From NCBI RefSeq assembly GCF_963921235.1, contig NC_086108.1, positions 21,576,001 through 21,640,000 on the forward strand: a DNA stretch of 64,000 nt, in the 5' to 3' direction. Under the pieces are notes generated by a model, which searched no databases, had not been told where the DNA came from, and saw nothing but the letters and a program-made list of their open reading frames with translations. Below are positions 12,875-25,350 of this stretch, one piece after another; within the stretch, counting starts at the first letter, position 1; every line of letters starts with the position of its first letter. The stretch is from Mobula hypostoma. Lineage: Eukaryota. The translations under genes were made by a program, and so were the position numbers.

Positions 12875-13465
12875 CAACAGAAAATAGGCAGATGCTGGGA
12901 ATGTAAGCAACGCACACAAAATGCTGGAGGGACTCAGCAGGCCAGGCAGCATCTATGGAAAAGAGTACAGTCGACGTTTCGGGCTGAGACCCTTCATCAG
13001 GACTGGAGAAAAAAAGATAAGGAGTCAGAATAAGAAAGTGGGGGAGGAGAGGAAGAAGCACAGATGATAGGTGAAACCAGGAGGGGGAGAAGGGGTGAAG
13101 TAAAAAGCTGGGAAGTTGATTGGTGAAAGATACAGGGCTGGAGAAGGGGAAATCTGATAGGAGAGGATGGAAGGCCATGGAAGAAAGAAAAGGGGGAGGA
13201 GCACCACAGGGAGGTGATAGGCAGAAAAGGAGATAAGGTGAGAGAAGGAAAAGGGAATACGGAATGGTGAAGGAGGATGTGGGGCATTACCAGAAGTTTG
13301 AGAACTTAATGTTCATGCCATCAGGAATATGGAAATAGGAAGTAGAATTAAAATGGGTGGCCTTTGAGAGATCCTGCTTTTACGGGCAGATGAGAACACA
13401 GGTTCTTGGCGAAGTGGTCTCCCAATCTACGTCGGGTCTCACCAATATACAGGAGGCCACATGGG
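12875..13465 (-). mobile_element. Penelope-like 3' fragment with hammerhead at 12968-13005
   Basis: Tail, CAGTC-CTGATGA-agggtctcagccc-GAAAC-GTC-GACTG, UTR and GIY-YIG remnant. Confidence 0.8.
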
Positions 13466-13824
13466 GTATATTTAGAAGTACGTGGATGTTCAAGAGAGCC
13501 TCATGCTCAACACAGAATCTGAAACTAGAGCTGCAAGGCCACATATTTTTATTATTACTGATGTTGGCACACGTGGAAGTGGAAAACAAGTACCAAAATG
13601 CATTTCCAACTGGTTAACAAATGAAAAACAGATACATGATCCAAGTTAGTTGGTAAGGTTCTCAGGCAGCAGGGAGGAGTACTCCTCTGGGATCATTGCT
13701 GAGGGTATTTGCATGTACTTGTTAGATTCAGGAATCTGAATTATATTATTGAAATTCACTAACTAAACCAACCTGGGGACTTCATTAATACCATAAAGAA
13801 AAGATCAAGATGTAAATATTGGAA

Positions 13825-14270
13825 TTGGGTTATTATTGTCATATGCATTGAGATAGAGCTAAAAGCTTCTCTTGCACACTGTTTGTACAGATCAAATCAT
13901 TACAGTGTATTGAGATAGTACAACATGTAGCAATAAAAGAATGCAGAATAAAGTGCAACAGCTACAGAGAAAGAGCAATGTAGGTACACAATAATATACA
14001 TGACGAGACAAGGGAACTATTCCATAGCCTTACAACAGTGAGAGAATAAGCTATCCTAGAGCCTGGTGTGGTACTTGCTTTTTTGCTTTTGTATGTGATT
14101 ATGCTGGATGCTTTACCAGCACAGCACGAAGTATAGACAGAGTACATGGAGGGCAGGGTGGTTTCTGTGATGTACTGACCTATAACCACAACTTTCTGCA
14201 GTTTACTGCAGTCATAGGGAAAGTAGATACATCCAGATATGCTGCATTCTGTGGTGCATTAATAAAAATC
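13825..14270 (-). mobile_element. Rex1/Babar-like LINE 3' fragment
   Basis: ITETTLPSMYSVYTSCCAGKASSII motif and a 3' tail like that of 16780-17850. An RT piece on the same strand lies at 16185-16410 (KFADDTTVVGRIS, CNWILDFL). Confidence 0.6.
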
Positions 14271-14309
14271 GATAAGGTTCAAACTACTGCCCTTGTAGTG
14301 TGCATATAT

Positions 14310-14438
14310 AAATCTCTTACTAGCTCTTCTTTCAGTTAGTCCTGACGAAGGGTCTCGGCCCAAAACGTCCACTGTACTTCTTCCTATAGATGCTGCCTGG
14401 CCTGCTGCATTCCACCAGCAACTTTTATGTGTGTTGCT
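14310..14438 (+). mobile_element. Short Penelope pLTR fragment (degenerate hammerhead)
   Basis: agtcctgacgaagggtctcggcccaaaacgtccact followed by tail, flanked by tatataa on both sides. Confidence 0.75.
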
Positions 14439-14439
14439 T

Positions 14440-16180
14440 ATATAAAAAGCTATGTGAGTTAAACGCCTTCTCAAAAATCGCCAGGGTCAGAAGCTTCCTT
14501 CAGGGCTTTTAATGAGATCTTACTTGTGAAACCGCAGAAAGTTAAGTGAAATACATATTAAAGTCAATACAGAATTGCTGCATGGCTGAATATACTAACA
14601 CTCAATTATTCTCACAACCAGTGTTAACCAAGGAAATATACACATAACTCCATAATACTCCATAACTATGACATGTAACCAAGAGTAAACTCATGAAACA
14701 ACAATATCTCAACGATAAGCGATAAACATAACACTTCCTTAAAAATATCTGCTCAATGTTTACCAATATTAACAGAACTTACAACTCACAGATATTGCTG
14801 TTTCAAGGGCAAATGAAGAGTGGACAGAGATAGGTATCGGTCCACCATGTGCTTCAAAACAAAATCCAAATTTACCCGTGCAAGAAATGAAATTAAAAAG
14901 TTTACATACAAGAAATGATGTTTATACAAAAGAAACTGCGTCTCTAGAGCCCAGAATACTACTCGCCTGCCATCCTTAAGGTGTCAAACTTAACCAGTGA
15001 AACTAACAGTCAAATGATCATTTCTCTAAATCTTTAGTAAAAGAAAGATAGTCTCAGAGACTTGTCTTGAGAACAGGCTTACTACACAGGCTTTAACTAT
15101 CTCACTTCAAAAATACCGCCTTGATGATGATCCTGGTGGGGATCAGCAAGATATGCCAGGCCAGTTAACCATGAGGACAGGGTGAGCTGATTAGCTTGGA
15201 GCCCTCTTGTGGTATGGTTAGCCAGTAGAGATCAGTAGAAACAGATCCATTGGCTCTTCTGAGTTGATCACCTGATGTCTTGGATCCTATTATGTACATA
15301 AACATGGAACTCCTTGTTTCATTCAATATATAAGCAGGCAAAACATTGCTGTCAATTAAAGATCTTGATATCATCTAGTTCTGTGTCCAGCCCTTTTGTT
15401 GTCATTTTTGCTATTTCAACTGCTAGTGAAGAGTTTCTCCGTGAACTTCTTGTAATGATCTTTCATTTCTGGTTTCTCTCTCTATGTGAGTCTGAGAGAC
15501 ATGAGTCGACTAAGGGCCTACTCTCTGTTGTTTGGTAGGAGTTGTCATGGAGAGCTACCCAACTGTTTGACTTGTCTTTGCTAAACTCCTTGATCATGAA
15601 TAAAAGGAAGGCCTCACCTTTCGTGGAAAGTGCTAGCTTATAATAAGCTTCTGAGTGACAGAAGACCAGCTTGGCTAAATCTAAATTTTTTTTCTCAGGC
15701 TGTCCTTTCAGATAGATGTTGACGAGACAGGATTTTGGAGCAGGATTTGTTATGGAACCCTTTCCTGCACACCTCTTTGCATGAGGGAGTAGCTCTATCA
15801 GATGAATACTCAGCTGGCTCCCACCACGCTCTGCTGTGGTTGTGCAGAAATCAGTAGTAGCCCAAGGCGCTAGCCCTGAATGAAGTGCTGATATGTGCCG
15901 GTCACTGTCGCATCAGTGTAGTGTGTGGTAGCTGCACAGTTGTTTGCTTGGTGTGCTGTTGAAGCACAACATTTGAAACATACTGAGTACTCCTTTAGAA
16001 AGCATCTCCAAACTACGAACGGCTTTTCTCAAAGTTCTCTAAATCCAATTCTTATGGACCGGACACTGTCTATCAGGGTTCATGATAGAGTTTTCTAATT
16101 TGGTTTTCTTGACCGTAATAGGGATTCTGATTTCCAATCCTTTTGCTGAAGACCCCTCTTTGAATGATGTGCTATCAGAA
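14440..16180 (-). mobile_element. Heavily deleted BEL/Pao LTR retrotransposon remnant
   Basis: Across frameshifts on the minus strand: gag Cys/His motifs NPDRQCPVHK, VCFKCCAST.H, CDSDRHISALH; CLVNIY.KGQPEK; NSWVA...LPNNRE.ALSRL...KPEMKDHY; RNase H region DSNVL.AYILNETR.FHVYVHNRIQDIR...W...NHTTRG...SWLTG; pol end RQVSETIFLL. A possible 3' LTR lies at about 14440-14960. Confidence 0.75.
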
Positions 16181-16779
16181 ACTGAGATTCTGCCAACAAC
16201 AGTAGTGTCATCAGCAAATTTATAGATGGCCTTTGAGCTGTGCCTAGCCACAGTCATGAGTGTAGAGAGAGTAAATCAGTAGGCTAAGAATGCATCCTTG
16301 AAGCCCATCTGTGTTAATTGTCAGCGAGAATATGTTATCATCAATGTGTACGTGGTGATCTCCTGATGAGGAAGTCAAGAATCCAGTTGCAGAAAGAGGT
16401 AGACATTTCTTTACCAGTTAATATTAGAATGAGAATCAGAATCAGGAAATTCAGACAAGTCCCTTTAAAGATTATGAACAGATGGGCAAGGGTTGTGATT
16501 GAAGGGGGGTAAAAAGCTGATAAAGACATAAAGACAACAGAATTAAACTACAAAACTAACCAGCTGTATGGAATCCCTCTGTGGGTGCAATTTCAAAACA
16601 ACTGCCCATCACCAACTGATTGTTGTAAAGTGTCAAGTTATGCCAAGGCATGACTTCAGCAAACAAATCGCTTTTCTCAAATTTATTTAATTTTTGTTGT
16701 TGTTTTCTTATTCATGAATATAAGAACAGAATTTAAGCTATTCATATCAATATTAATCTTTGGAAAAAGAATATTAATA

Positions 16780-17850
16780 AATTTATAGTAAAGCAGCCAG
16801 CATAATTAAAAACCCCATCCACTCCAGACATTCGCTGTTCTCCCCTCTCCCCTTGGGCAGAACATGCAAAAGCCAGAAAGCACATACCACCAGGCACAAG
16901 GACAACTTCCTGTTGGGAGATCACCACCAGTACATTCATGACTCCTGATGGACTCCTGACCTCAGAATCTACCTTATTATGATCTTGCACCTTATTGTTG
17001 ACCTGAACTGCACTTTCTCTGTAGCTGTTGCATTTTATTCTGCATTCTGTTACTGTTTTATGTTGCACTACCTCAAAGCACTATGAATGATTTGATTTGC
17101 TTGTGCGGTAATGCAAGAAGGTTTCGATCGTACATCAGTACTGTTATATACCCCTAGGGGTCCTGTTTATTTATGGACTATAACTTTAAAAAGAGGGAGA
17201 GAGGTGTACAACACAAACACCTTGTTATTAAGAGAGAGAGAGAGAGAGGCAAAGACTGCTTTGAAATGGTGTTATGGTTTCTCTTGTTATGTACCCCTGG
17301 GGTTCCTTTTTGTTGTGGACTTTCACTTTAAGGCACAAGAAAGAACTGAGACTAACTTTTGAATTTCTGTTGAGAGAGAGAGGGGCAGAGTCTGCCTTTC
17401 AGCTCGTGCTTACACTTTTACAAGAACACTGACTACTGTCGTCAGCTTTTGGCTTGCCATGGAAAGACAGAGACTTCTAAAGGATTTCGGAGGACAACGG
17501 GAAGATCGACAGCGTCAGCTCATCTGAAGACTCAAATCTCTCTCTCTCTCCATCACTACTCAACTCAATACCACGAACTGAACTGAACTTTACTCATCAT
17601 TGTAAGACTATCTATTTACCCCTAGACTTGAAGAAGCTTGGTTTTCATGTCTTTCCACACTTACACTTATCTAATCATTGCTAACCTGTTTGATCTATCT
17701 GATTTTATATTACTGTATTGTGTAGTTACTAATAAATACCATTAGTTAATAGCAATACTGGACTCCAAAGTGTTTTCCATTTTTGCTGGATCTTTAACCT
17801 GTCACGGGGTACATGACAGTACATATGATAATAATAAATCAATTCCAATT
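16780..17850 (+). mobile_element. Rex1/Babar-like LINE 3' end interrupted by a solo LTR
   Basis: KAASIIK.P.HP.H.LFSPLPLGR motif. The tail cagtac|atatgataataataaatcaattccaattcc is split by the LTR. Confidence 0.65.
17142..17818 (+). mobile_element. Gypsy solo LTR with 4-bp TSD GTAC
   Basis: TGTTAT...ATGACA termini, GTAC at 17138-17141 and 17819-17822, AATAAA, and a 3' end homologous to the LTR at 2152-3047. Confidence 0.85.
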
Positions 17851-17859
17851 CCACTTTTA

Positions 17860-18320
17860 TCACTGAAAATTTATGGGGGAGTAGCAAAGAGAGAGCCACT
17901 GTGAAAAAAACCTCACATAAAATCTTGGCTAGAGTTTGGCAGAGGCATGTGGGAGACTCTGAAGTCAGCTGAAAGTAGGTTCTATGGTTTGATGAAACCA
18001 AAATTGAGCTGTTTGGCCATCAGACGAAATGCTATGTTTGGTGTAAGCCGAACACCACACATCATCAAAACATACTGGCCCTACCGTGATGCTGTGGGGA
18101 TGCTTCACTGCAGCAGGCACTGGAAGGCTTGTGAAAGTAGAGGGTAAGATCAATGCAGCAAAAATAGGAAAATCCTGGAGAAAAACCCGATGCAGTCTGC
18201 AAGAGAACTACAACTTGGGAGATTTGTTTTTCAGCAAGACAATGACCTGAAGCATAAAGCCAAAGCTACTCAAGAATAGCTTAAAACAACAAAGTTAATG
18301 TCCTGGAGTGGCTAAGTTAT
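17860..18320 (+). mobile_element. Tc1 transposase DDE fragment
   Basis: VLWFDETKIELFG, MLWGCF-like segment, FVFQQDND.KH motifs, broken by frameshifts. Confidence 0.8.
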
Positions 18321-18497
18321 GAAACTAAAATGCTGGATATTAATCACTTGTAGGTACTGAGGTGCAAGAGCTATTGATGTCTGATCTGTCAATGTAGTTT
18401 TACACACCAGAACATAATTAATAAAAGAGATTGGCATGTTTCTCATTTAGATACTGAATCAAGATATGGAAATAAATATTCAAATATTCAAACTTAC

Positions 18498-18589
18498 CTT
18501 GCAGGACCATAACTGAATGCTATGAACACCAACAATGCCATGACACATGCAGCTCTTCTTCTTGGAGCAGAAACTTTTAATTGCTGATT
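18498..18589 (-). CDS. ATF6: ATF6 transmembrane / site-2 protease exon (equivalent to human exon 9)
   Basis: 92 nt, phase 0-2: NQQLKVSAPRRRAACVMALLVFIAFSYGPA(S), versus human [31 protein letters not shown]. Acceptor tctttcag, donor AG|gtaagt. Confidence 0.93.
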
Positions 18590-18779
18590 CTGAAAGATGA
18601 AAAATTGTTATTTTTCCAAATAAACAGCAGAGTCTTGAAGTACCAAATCAACACTAATTTTGCAAGATTGTGAGATCCTCTTCTTTTACTCTATCCTTCT
18701 CTCATGCATAAACTTTTGAACCCCTTTGATCTCAACATACCATCTTCAAGAGGCCAAACTAATTGATTCACATCAAAAG

Positions 18780-19350
18780 ACCATAAGATATTGGAGTAGA
18801 ATTAGGCCATTTGGCCAGTCGAGTTTGATCTGCCATTTCATCATGGCTAATTTAGTTCCCTCTCAGCCCCAATCTCCTGCCTTCTCTCCATATCCTTTCA
18901 TGCCCTGAATAATCAAGAATCTATCAACCTTAAACATACCCAATGACTTGGCCTCCATAGCCACCCGTGGCAACAAATTCCATAGATCCATCATTCCCTG
19001 GCTCAAGAAATACCTCCTCACCTCTGCTCTAAATGGACATCCCTCTGTTCTGTGGCTGTGTCCTCTTGTCTTAGATTCCCCCACCATAGGAAACATCCTC
19101 TCCACATCCACTCTATCAAGGCCTTTCAAGATTTGATAAGTTTCGATGAGATTCCCCCCTCAATTCTTCTGAATTCCAGTGAGTACAGGCCCAAAGCCAT
19201 CAAACATATGATTCGCCTTTCAATCCCAGAATCATTTTTGTGAACCTCCTCTGAACCCTCTCCAGTGTCAGCACATCCTTCCTTAGATAAGGAACTCAAA
19301 CCTGCTCACAGTACTCCAAGTGAGGCCTCACCAGAGCCTTGTAAAACCTC
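18780..19350 (-). mobile_element. CR1 LINE 3' fragment
   Basis: KGLDRVDVERMFPMVGESKTRGHS and LVRPHLEY (gtactccaagtgaggcctcacca). Confidence 0.85.
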
Positions 19351-19639
19351 ATTACATCATAAACACAGACAGCACAGAAATCAGCCCACGGGCTTTCCAT
19401 GTCTATGCTGACAATCTAATATTATCACTGATATGAGCACCTGATCCTTCATCTTCCAGGTTGTGGCAATTTCAATGCTCTCCTAAATGCTTTGAGAGTA
19501 CCCACTTCCAATATTGAGCCAGGCAAATATTCCAGATTCCAACCATGCCCTGGGTGAAGAAATTCTTTCTCTGATGCCCACTAAAAGGATTAGATAAATC
19601 TAGTGCCAAATCAAGTTTGGGCTATAACATCAATAAGAT

Positions 19640-20270
19640 GAAGGATGTTTTGAAGGAATAGGCGGGAGGAGAGAGAGCAGCTCGCCGCGTGTGCGCGCCC
19701 TCCAGTGAAAAATGATATCGTATCCATTAAATAGGGGCTGTGGATAATTCTGATCCGATGGAGACAGACGTGAAAGCACAGAGGAACATCTGGAGAAATT
19801 TCTGAAATGCCAGTTCGCTGCTGTTGTTACTGCGTGGTCGGGAATCTTCTGGAGGGAAGGCCTCAAAATCCCCAGCTTTGCCTGTTGTTGGCGACCGGGA
19901 TTGAGGTTGAATCGTAAGGAGCACTCTGTGTCGGAGAGCTGATCGGAGGCTCAAAGTTTTCAGATGACTCAGATTCGGACTGTGGTCGGGCATGGCAGGG
20001 AGAGTTTTTCTTCCTTCTCCTGTCTGCGTGAGATGTGGGACATTTGAGAGACTTTGAACTTTTTATTGTGCTCATGGACTTCTTCATCAAGTTATGGTAT
20101 TGTTGCACTGTTGTAACTATATGTTATAATTATATGGTTTCGTTAGTTTTTTCAGTCTTGGTCTGTCCTGTGTTTTGTGATATCACACCGGAGGAAATAT
20201 TGCATCATTTCTTAATACATGCATTACTAAATGACTTTAAAAGAGGACTGCATGTCTTCATAATCTAAAA
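19640..20270 (+). repeat. Unclassified CpG-containing interspersed repeat with LINE-like 3' tail
   Basis: Sharp rise in GC/CpG content, a T-rich tail resembling LINE 3' UTRs, and a possible TSD aagatg. No ORF recognised. Confidence 0.4.
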
Positions 20271-21545
20271 AAAGATGCAACTGCTGGGAAATGGCCACAC
20301 AAACCACACCACTGCATGAAGCAATCATCACCTTCTAAGAGCAAATTTGAGACTAGCAGTCTTGTCAGCAATATTCTTAATTGCTATCTCTGATGGACCA
20401 GCAGCATATCCTTTTCATTCTTCCCTGCTTGTGGAAATACAAAATCTGCATTAATACAACAGAAGCGAAGTATCATGCAGCTACAGGAGGAGGGTCCACT
20501 GACTAAAAAATCTATTGACAGAACATTGAGCATTTCCCTTTTCTCAAATGAAACGCTAAAATCTTCATGTCATGTCACTCCAGAAATTCCACTCAAGGTT
20601 CTGGGCGTGAGTTACATTTGATTCCCACAACAGATTTGCATCAAATGAAGTAATTCTGCATGCATTGCAGCTTTCGGAGCATTGCATTGCCAAAAACTTT
20701 AAATAATATTCTTCTGAAAGGCAGCTGTCGTTGGGCACTTTGGAACAGTCGTGCTTTCACTGTATAACTCCTTTCTTTGTTTTCAATCCTTTGCGGCTGG
20801 TTCTGACTATCCCCTCCCACCAACCACACAGAACCAACTACATCCGCTCTCCCAACCAGCCTAGGTATCAAAAAGTTCTAACTACCAACTTCGGCATTCC
20901 CAGTCAAACACTGATTCTCCAATCTCTCAACTTCTAACCACATCAGGCGTCAATTCCCTTTTTGCCCCTAACCAATTCCCAGCAAATTCCACCAACCACT
21001 GAGTCGCCAACTCTCCCAAATTAGGTTTCATGTCTTCTAGGAGGTCAAAATACTGTATCAGCAAAAGGCTGATACAATAGGGACACTTAAAAGACTCCTA
21101 GACAGGCACATAGATGTAACAAAATTGAAGAGTTATGGGCTGTGTAGGAGGGAAGGGTTGGACCGAAAGCCACAACATCATGGGCCAAATGGCCAATACT
21201 GTGCTATACTTTCACTGTTCTATATTCTACACCAGGTTACTCCTTGGTAATCTGGCAGTGATTATTCTCTGTTCAAAAATAGCTCAAGTTCCACTTATGC
21301 CAGATGTTTGGAACAATTGCCACATTTGTGCATGTAAATGGGGCCATTTTCCAAATGAACTAAAAGCATGCCAATTTTTCCCAGCAAACTAAATTAAAAT
21401 TGCTTTTGAGAAGTGCTCATCTTTTCTAATAAAATATTGCACTGCATCTTTTAAGATTATTAAATTATCACCTGTATAATCTACAGGCAGTGAACTTTTT
21501 CATCCCCAACATCCAGATTCAAGCCTATTCTGGAAACTTACTGAC

Positions 21546-21731
21546 CTCGGACATCAACTCTTGGAGCTGTTTTTGAAGAGAACCATTTTCATTCTTAAGC
21601 TTGGCATTTTCAACAAGTGCAGACCTCAGTCTGTGCTCCAGATTCAGTAGATATTCCTTCTTCTTTCTTCGGGAAAGACATGCTGATTCACGATTCTTAA
21701 TCATTCTTTCTTGTCGTCTTAGTGCACTTAC
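21546..21731 (-). CDS. ATF6: ATF6 bZIP exon (equivalent to human exon 8)
   Basis: 186 nt, phase 0-0: [62 protein letters not shown], a CREB/ATF basic region plus leucine zipper closely matching ATF6 ([24 protein letters not shown]). Acceptor tag, donor GAG|gtcagt. Confidence 0.95.
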
Positions 21732-22112
21732 CTATTTGATAGCAACATTAAAAAGTATAATGATTGAAAAACAATTTTAAATGAATTGTCTGCAATTATT
21801 TGATATAAATTTGAATTTTATTATTAACCACCACCAAGGACAAGAGAAGAAGATACAAAGGAACACTACCACTATGCTTTGTTCCTCAAGCTACATACCA
21901 TCCTGACTTGGAAACATATCCTCAGTGGGTCTATCATATCCTCAGTGGGTCTATATCCTGGAACTTCCTACCCAGCAGCACTTCCTACCCATTCACTGCA
22001 GTATTTCAAACAGGTGTTTCACCATCACCTTCTGAATGGGCAATAAAGGCTAGCTTTGCCAACAATGCCTTAGTGTCAAAAAGATAAAAAAAATTCTAGC
22101 ATTTTACAAAGT

Positions 22113-22115
22113 TGT

Positions 22116-22165
<50 letters not shown>

Positions 22166-22526
22166 TGTGTGTGTGGGGGGGTGGCATATTTGCTGGTTGA
22201 AAGCCACTCCCATTGAGATTGATCAGTTTAAAAACGGCAGCTGCTCTTCCCATTGGTTGGCTTGCGTGCCAAGGCACCGAGTGTCCAATTTCAAACACCT
22301 CAAGGGTATAAAGTATAGCACTTGTAAGAGATACTCTCTTTCCCTTTGTTCCTGGAACCGTTGGAAAGGTATGTTCCATGTGCACTTTTAACTAGTTCTG
22401 TAGTTTGTGCAACTTCAGGAGACTTAATGTTTGGTCGAATTTTTTACGGTTTGTAAATAAATGATTAGTATACTTAATTGCAGTCAGTGTTTCTGTCTCA
22501 TTCACCAAATCCACGAACTTGCTTCA
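22113..22526 (+). mobile_element. Putative solo LTR containing a (TG)n microsatellite (22118-22175)
   Basis: TG...CA ends, reverse CCAAT (ccattggtt), TATA box (gggtataaa), AATAAA about 70 nt before the end, and an imperfect 4-bp flank aagt/atgt. Confidence 0.4.
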
Positions 22527-24699
22527 ATGTTACAAAAGTACATGTAGAAGTAAGGGTACAATGACACTGGACTGAGATTTTGGAGAAAAAGACTCTGTAG
22601 TTCAGGGTCAAAAAAATATAAACCATTAGGGTTGGGGCAAGTCAGTTTTTGCATGTGAAACAAAATGCAATGGACAGAAATATTCATTGTCCCAGCTCCA
22701 TTACACTTAATTTATCCAACATACATTAAAACAGATGTCTCTCTTCTCATTCATTTAGCTTTAAGCAACTTGTCTAAATCTCTGGCTGAATATGTCCAGT
22801 AAATTTTATTACACTCCTGTTTAATGAAATGTGAATGCAAATCCTATATAGTTCATTAGTCCCATAGGCAATATAAATTCAGATCTTCCGCAGAAATTTA
22901 TCTCCATTTTATACCTCGTAGATGAAGACATTCAAACCATGATCTTAACAAACAGGTCCACAACAGTCCCGATCTCAGTACAAACTGGTATCAAGACTGC
23001 AGCATTGCCTTAATATTTATCTCAGTTTTTCTCTCCTCAATACAATATCGCAAGATTCCCACTGGAGCAGTGCTAACCTAGGGGACATAAGAGAAACTGT
23101 TTAACCGATGTTGCCTTCATTCCAGGATCAACGTAACTTCAGCCATTAACTTCTAGTAGACAAATAACACCGATGTACATACAAAATTCATTGACTGAGT
23201 TTCAAGACCTCAAATGTGGTACAAATTTCATCATCTACCGCCCAATAGTGACCCTTGACTTTCAATCATCATGGATTTCTGCGCAGTCACCTACTAATAT
23301 TAAGGCAAAGCTACACTCTTGGTACCAGTTTGGGACTGCTGCGGACCTGTTAAGATGCCTTCATCTATGAGTATAAAATGGACATTCTGTTCAACCTCCT
23401 CGAAATCCACTAACAGGATAAGCAAAACAATATCAGTGTACCCTCCCAGACCAACATTTCTCCAGCAATGAAGCCCCAAAGTCGACTCCACTGGATATCA
23501 CGTGCAGCCCCTCTGTTTTTGTAGACCCAACACCAGACTCCTGAAACAGACATACTCCTCCAAGTTGCATTAAGTAGGGAAAGAAAATACTTCAAAGATG
23601 TTTTGCTTGAAATAGTATTACATCATCACCTACTCGTGGGAATCGCAGGCTGCTCTGAATAGATAAAGAGAATTCTCAACTGAGAACCCTGCATCCCTTT
23701 ATCAAAGCAGAAAGAAGCAGAGGGTTTATAACAGACTGAAAGCACTGCTCACAGACAATGTGCCTGCCTGTTGCACATCAAACCCAATCTATGACAGGAT
23801 GACATAGTACCAAGAGTGCTGAGAATGCAATTCTGATGGAACTAAGTCACATCTCCATTAAAAAGGAGGAAAATGGTGCTGTTGATCACAATCAAAATAT
23901 TCCAACACTTGGCGCTTCAATCTCACCCATAATAATTTTGAATAAGGAAATATTCCATCACTGATACATAAAATACCTGCTTTCAATTGCAGCTACCTGC
24001 AGAGACAGCGTCGCTCCATCCGAAAGGTCATCTATTAAAAGCACAGCTTTTTAAAAGGGTACACTCTATCCCAAATGATTATTTGAAAGCCCAGAGAAAC
24101 ATTAAAATGTCATATCTGGTACAGTAGAACTTGCCATAGGTTTCAGCCTGGGAATGGTTACACACAACTACATCCTTGAATTAACTCACTGCACACTCAA
24201 TGGGGATAACATAACTCCATGCAGCATTTTGTAATCACTGAATCTATTGGTCCAAGAAGCATTTTGCAAATCTATTTCTGAATGCATAAGTGAAATAGAT
24301 TTCACTCAAAATTTCAAATTTGTTATCCTATTATCATTTTTGGGACACAAAAGAATACATTCAAAGATTTAATTTGAATGAAAGACAGTCAGTACAATTT
24401 GATTTGCAAATCAAGCAGTTCTTTAAAACGAATTATGCCTGCTTACCTAAAGAATGCACAAGCAACATGTATCAGATGAGTCCTTAATAATTGAGTAGAT
24501 CTGTATTTACATAACACCAGCAGACTTGGAGATCAGCTGCAGCTGGCTCACATGATGTAACATGCCTATCAACCACAGGACTTATACATTCTTGACTCAG
24601 TGTAGAATTATATATGCTTTTTCTTTTTCAGGAGTTTATCTATGTTCTCAAATCACTGGTTGGCACAGATTGGGCAGTGTTTGCATTTCATTTGCAGAC

Positions 24700-25350
24700 A
24701 GTCAACACCCTTAAGGCAGCTGGGCTGACAACATCAATGTCAACAAGACTAAGGAGATGGTTATCAACTTCAGGAGAGTTCACACCACTCACATCCCTCT
24801 TTACATCAGCGGCACAGCAGTGGAAACTGTGAGCAGTTTCAAACTCCTAACTGCACACCTTGCACAATTTCTCATGGTCCCAGAACATATCCTACACAAT
24901 CAAAAAAGCTCACCAATGCCTCTACTTTCTGAGGAGGCTGAAGGGAGCTGGACTATGTATATCTATACTCACGTCATTCTACAGATGTATAGTAGAGAGC
25001 ATCCTAACATGCTGCATCACAGTATGGTACAGAAACTGCACCACTGTGGACAGGAGGGCTCTATAACAGGTAGGATCACCATACTGCCATCAAGGACGTT
25101 ATAGTGCCAGAAAAAGACCAGCAATATCCGGAAGGATCCCACCCAACCTACTCATGGAACTGTCTGTCTCATTCCTATCAGGAAGGAGGCTACGTAGCAT
25201 CCATTCCAGGACCATCAGATTTTTTAAAAACTTAGGTTTCTTTATTATTTATCTTATTGCTTTTTTGTGCTACATTGGATCTGAAGTGCCAGTTATTTCA
25301 TTTTCCTTTACACTTGTGTCCTAGAAATGACATTAAATAATCTTGAATAA
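24700..25350 (+). mobile_element. Rex1/Babar-like LINE 3' fragment
   Basis: KKAHQCLYFLRRLK...FYRCIVESILTCCITVWY motif. Confidence 0.8.

Noticed and set aside
21914..21992. Short tandem duplications (catatcctcagtgggtctat x2; acttcctaccca x2)
   Set aside because: Local slippage within a decayed LINE tail; not a CRISPR-like or otherwise structured array.
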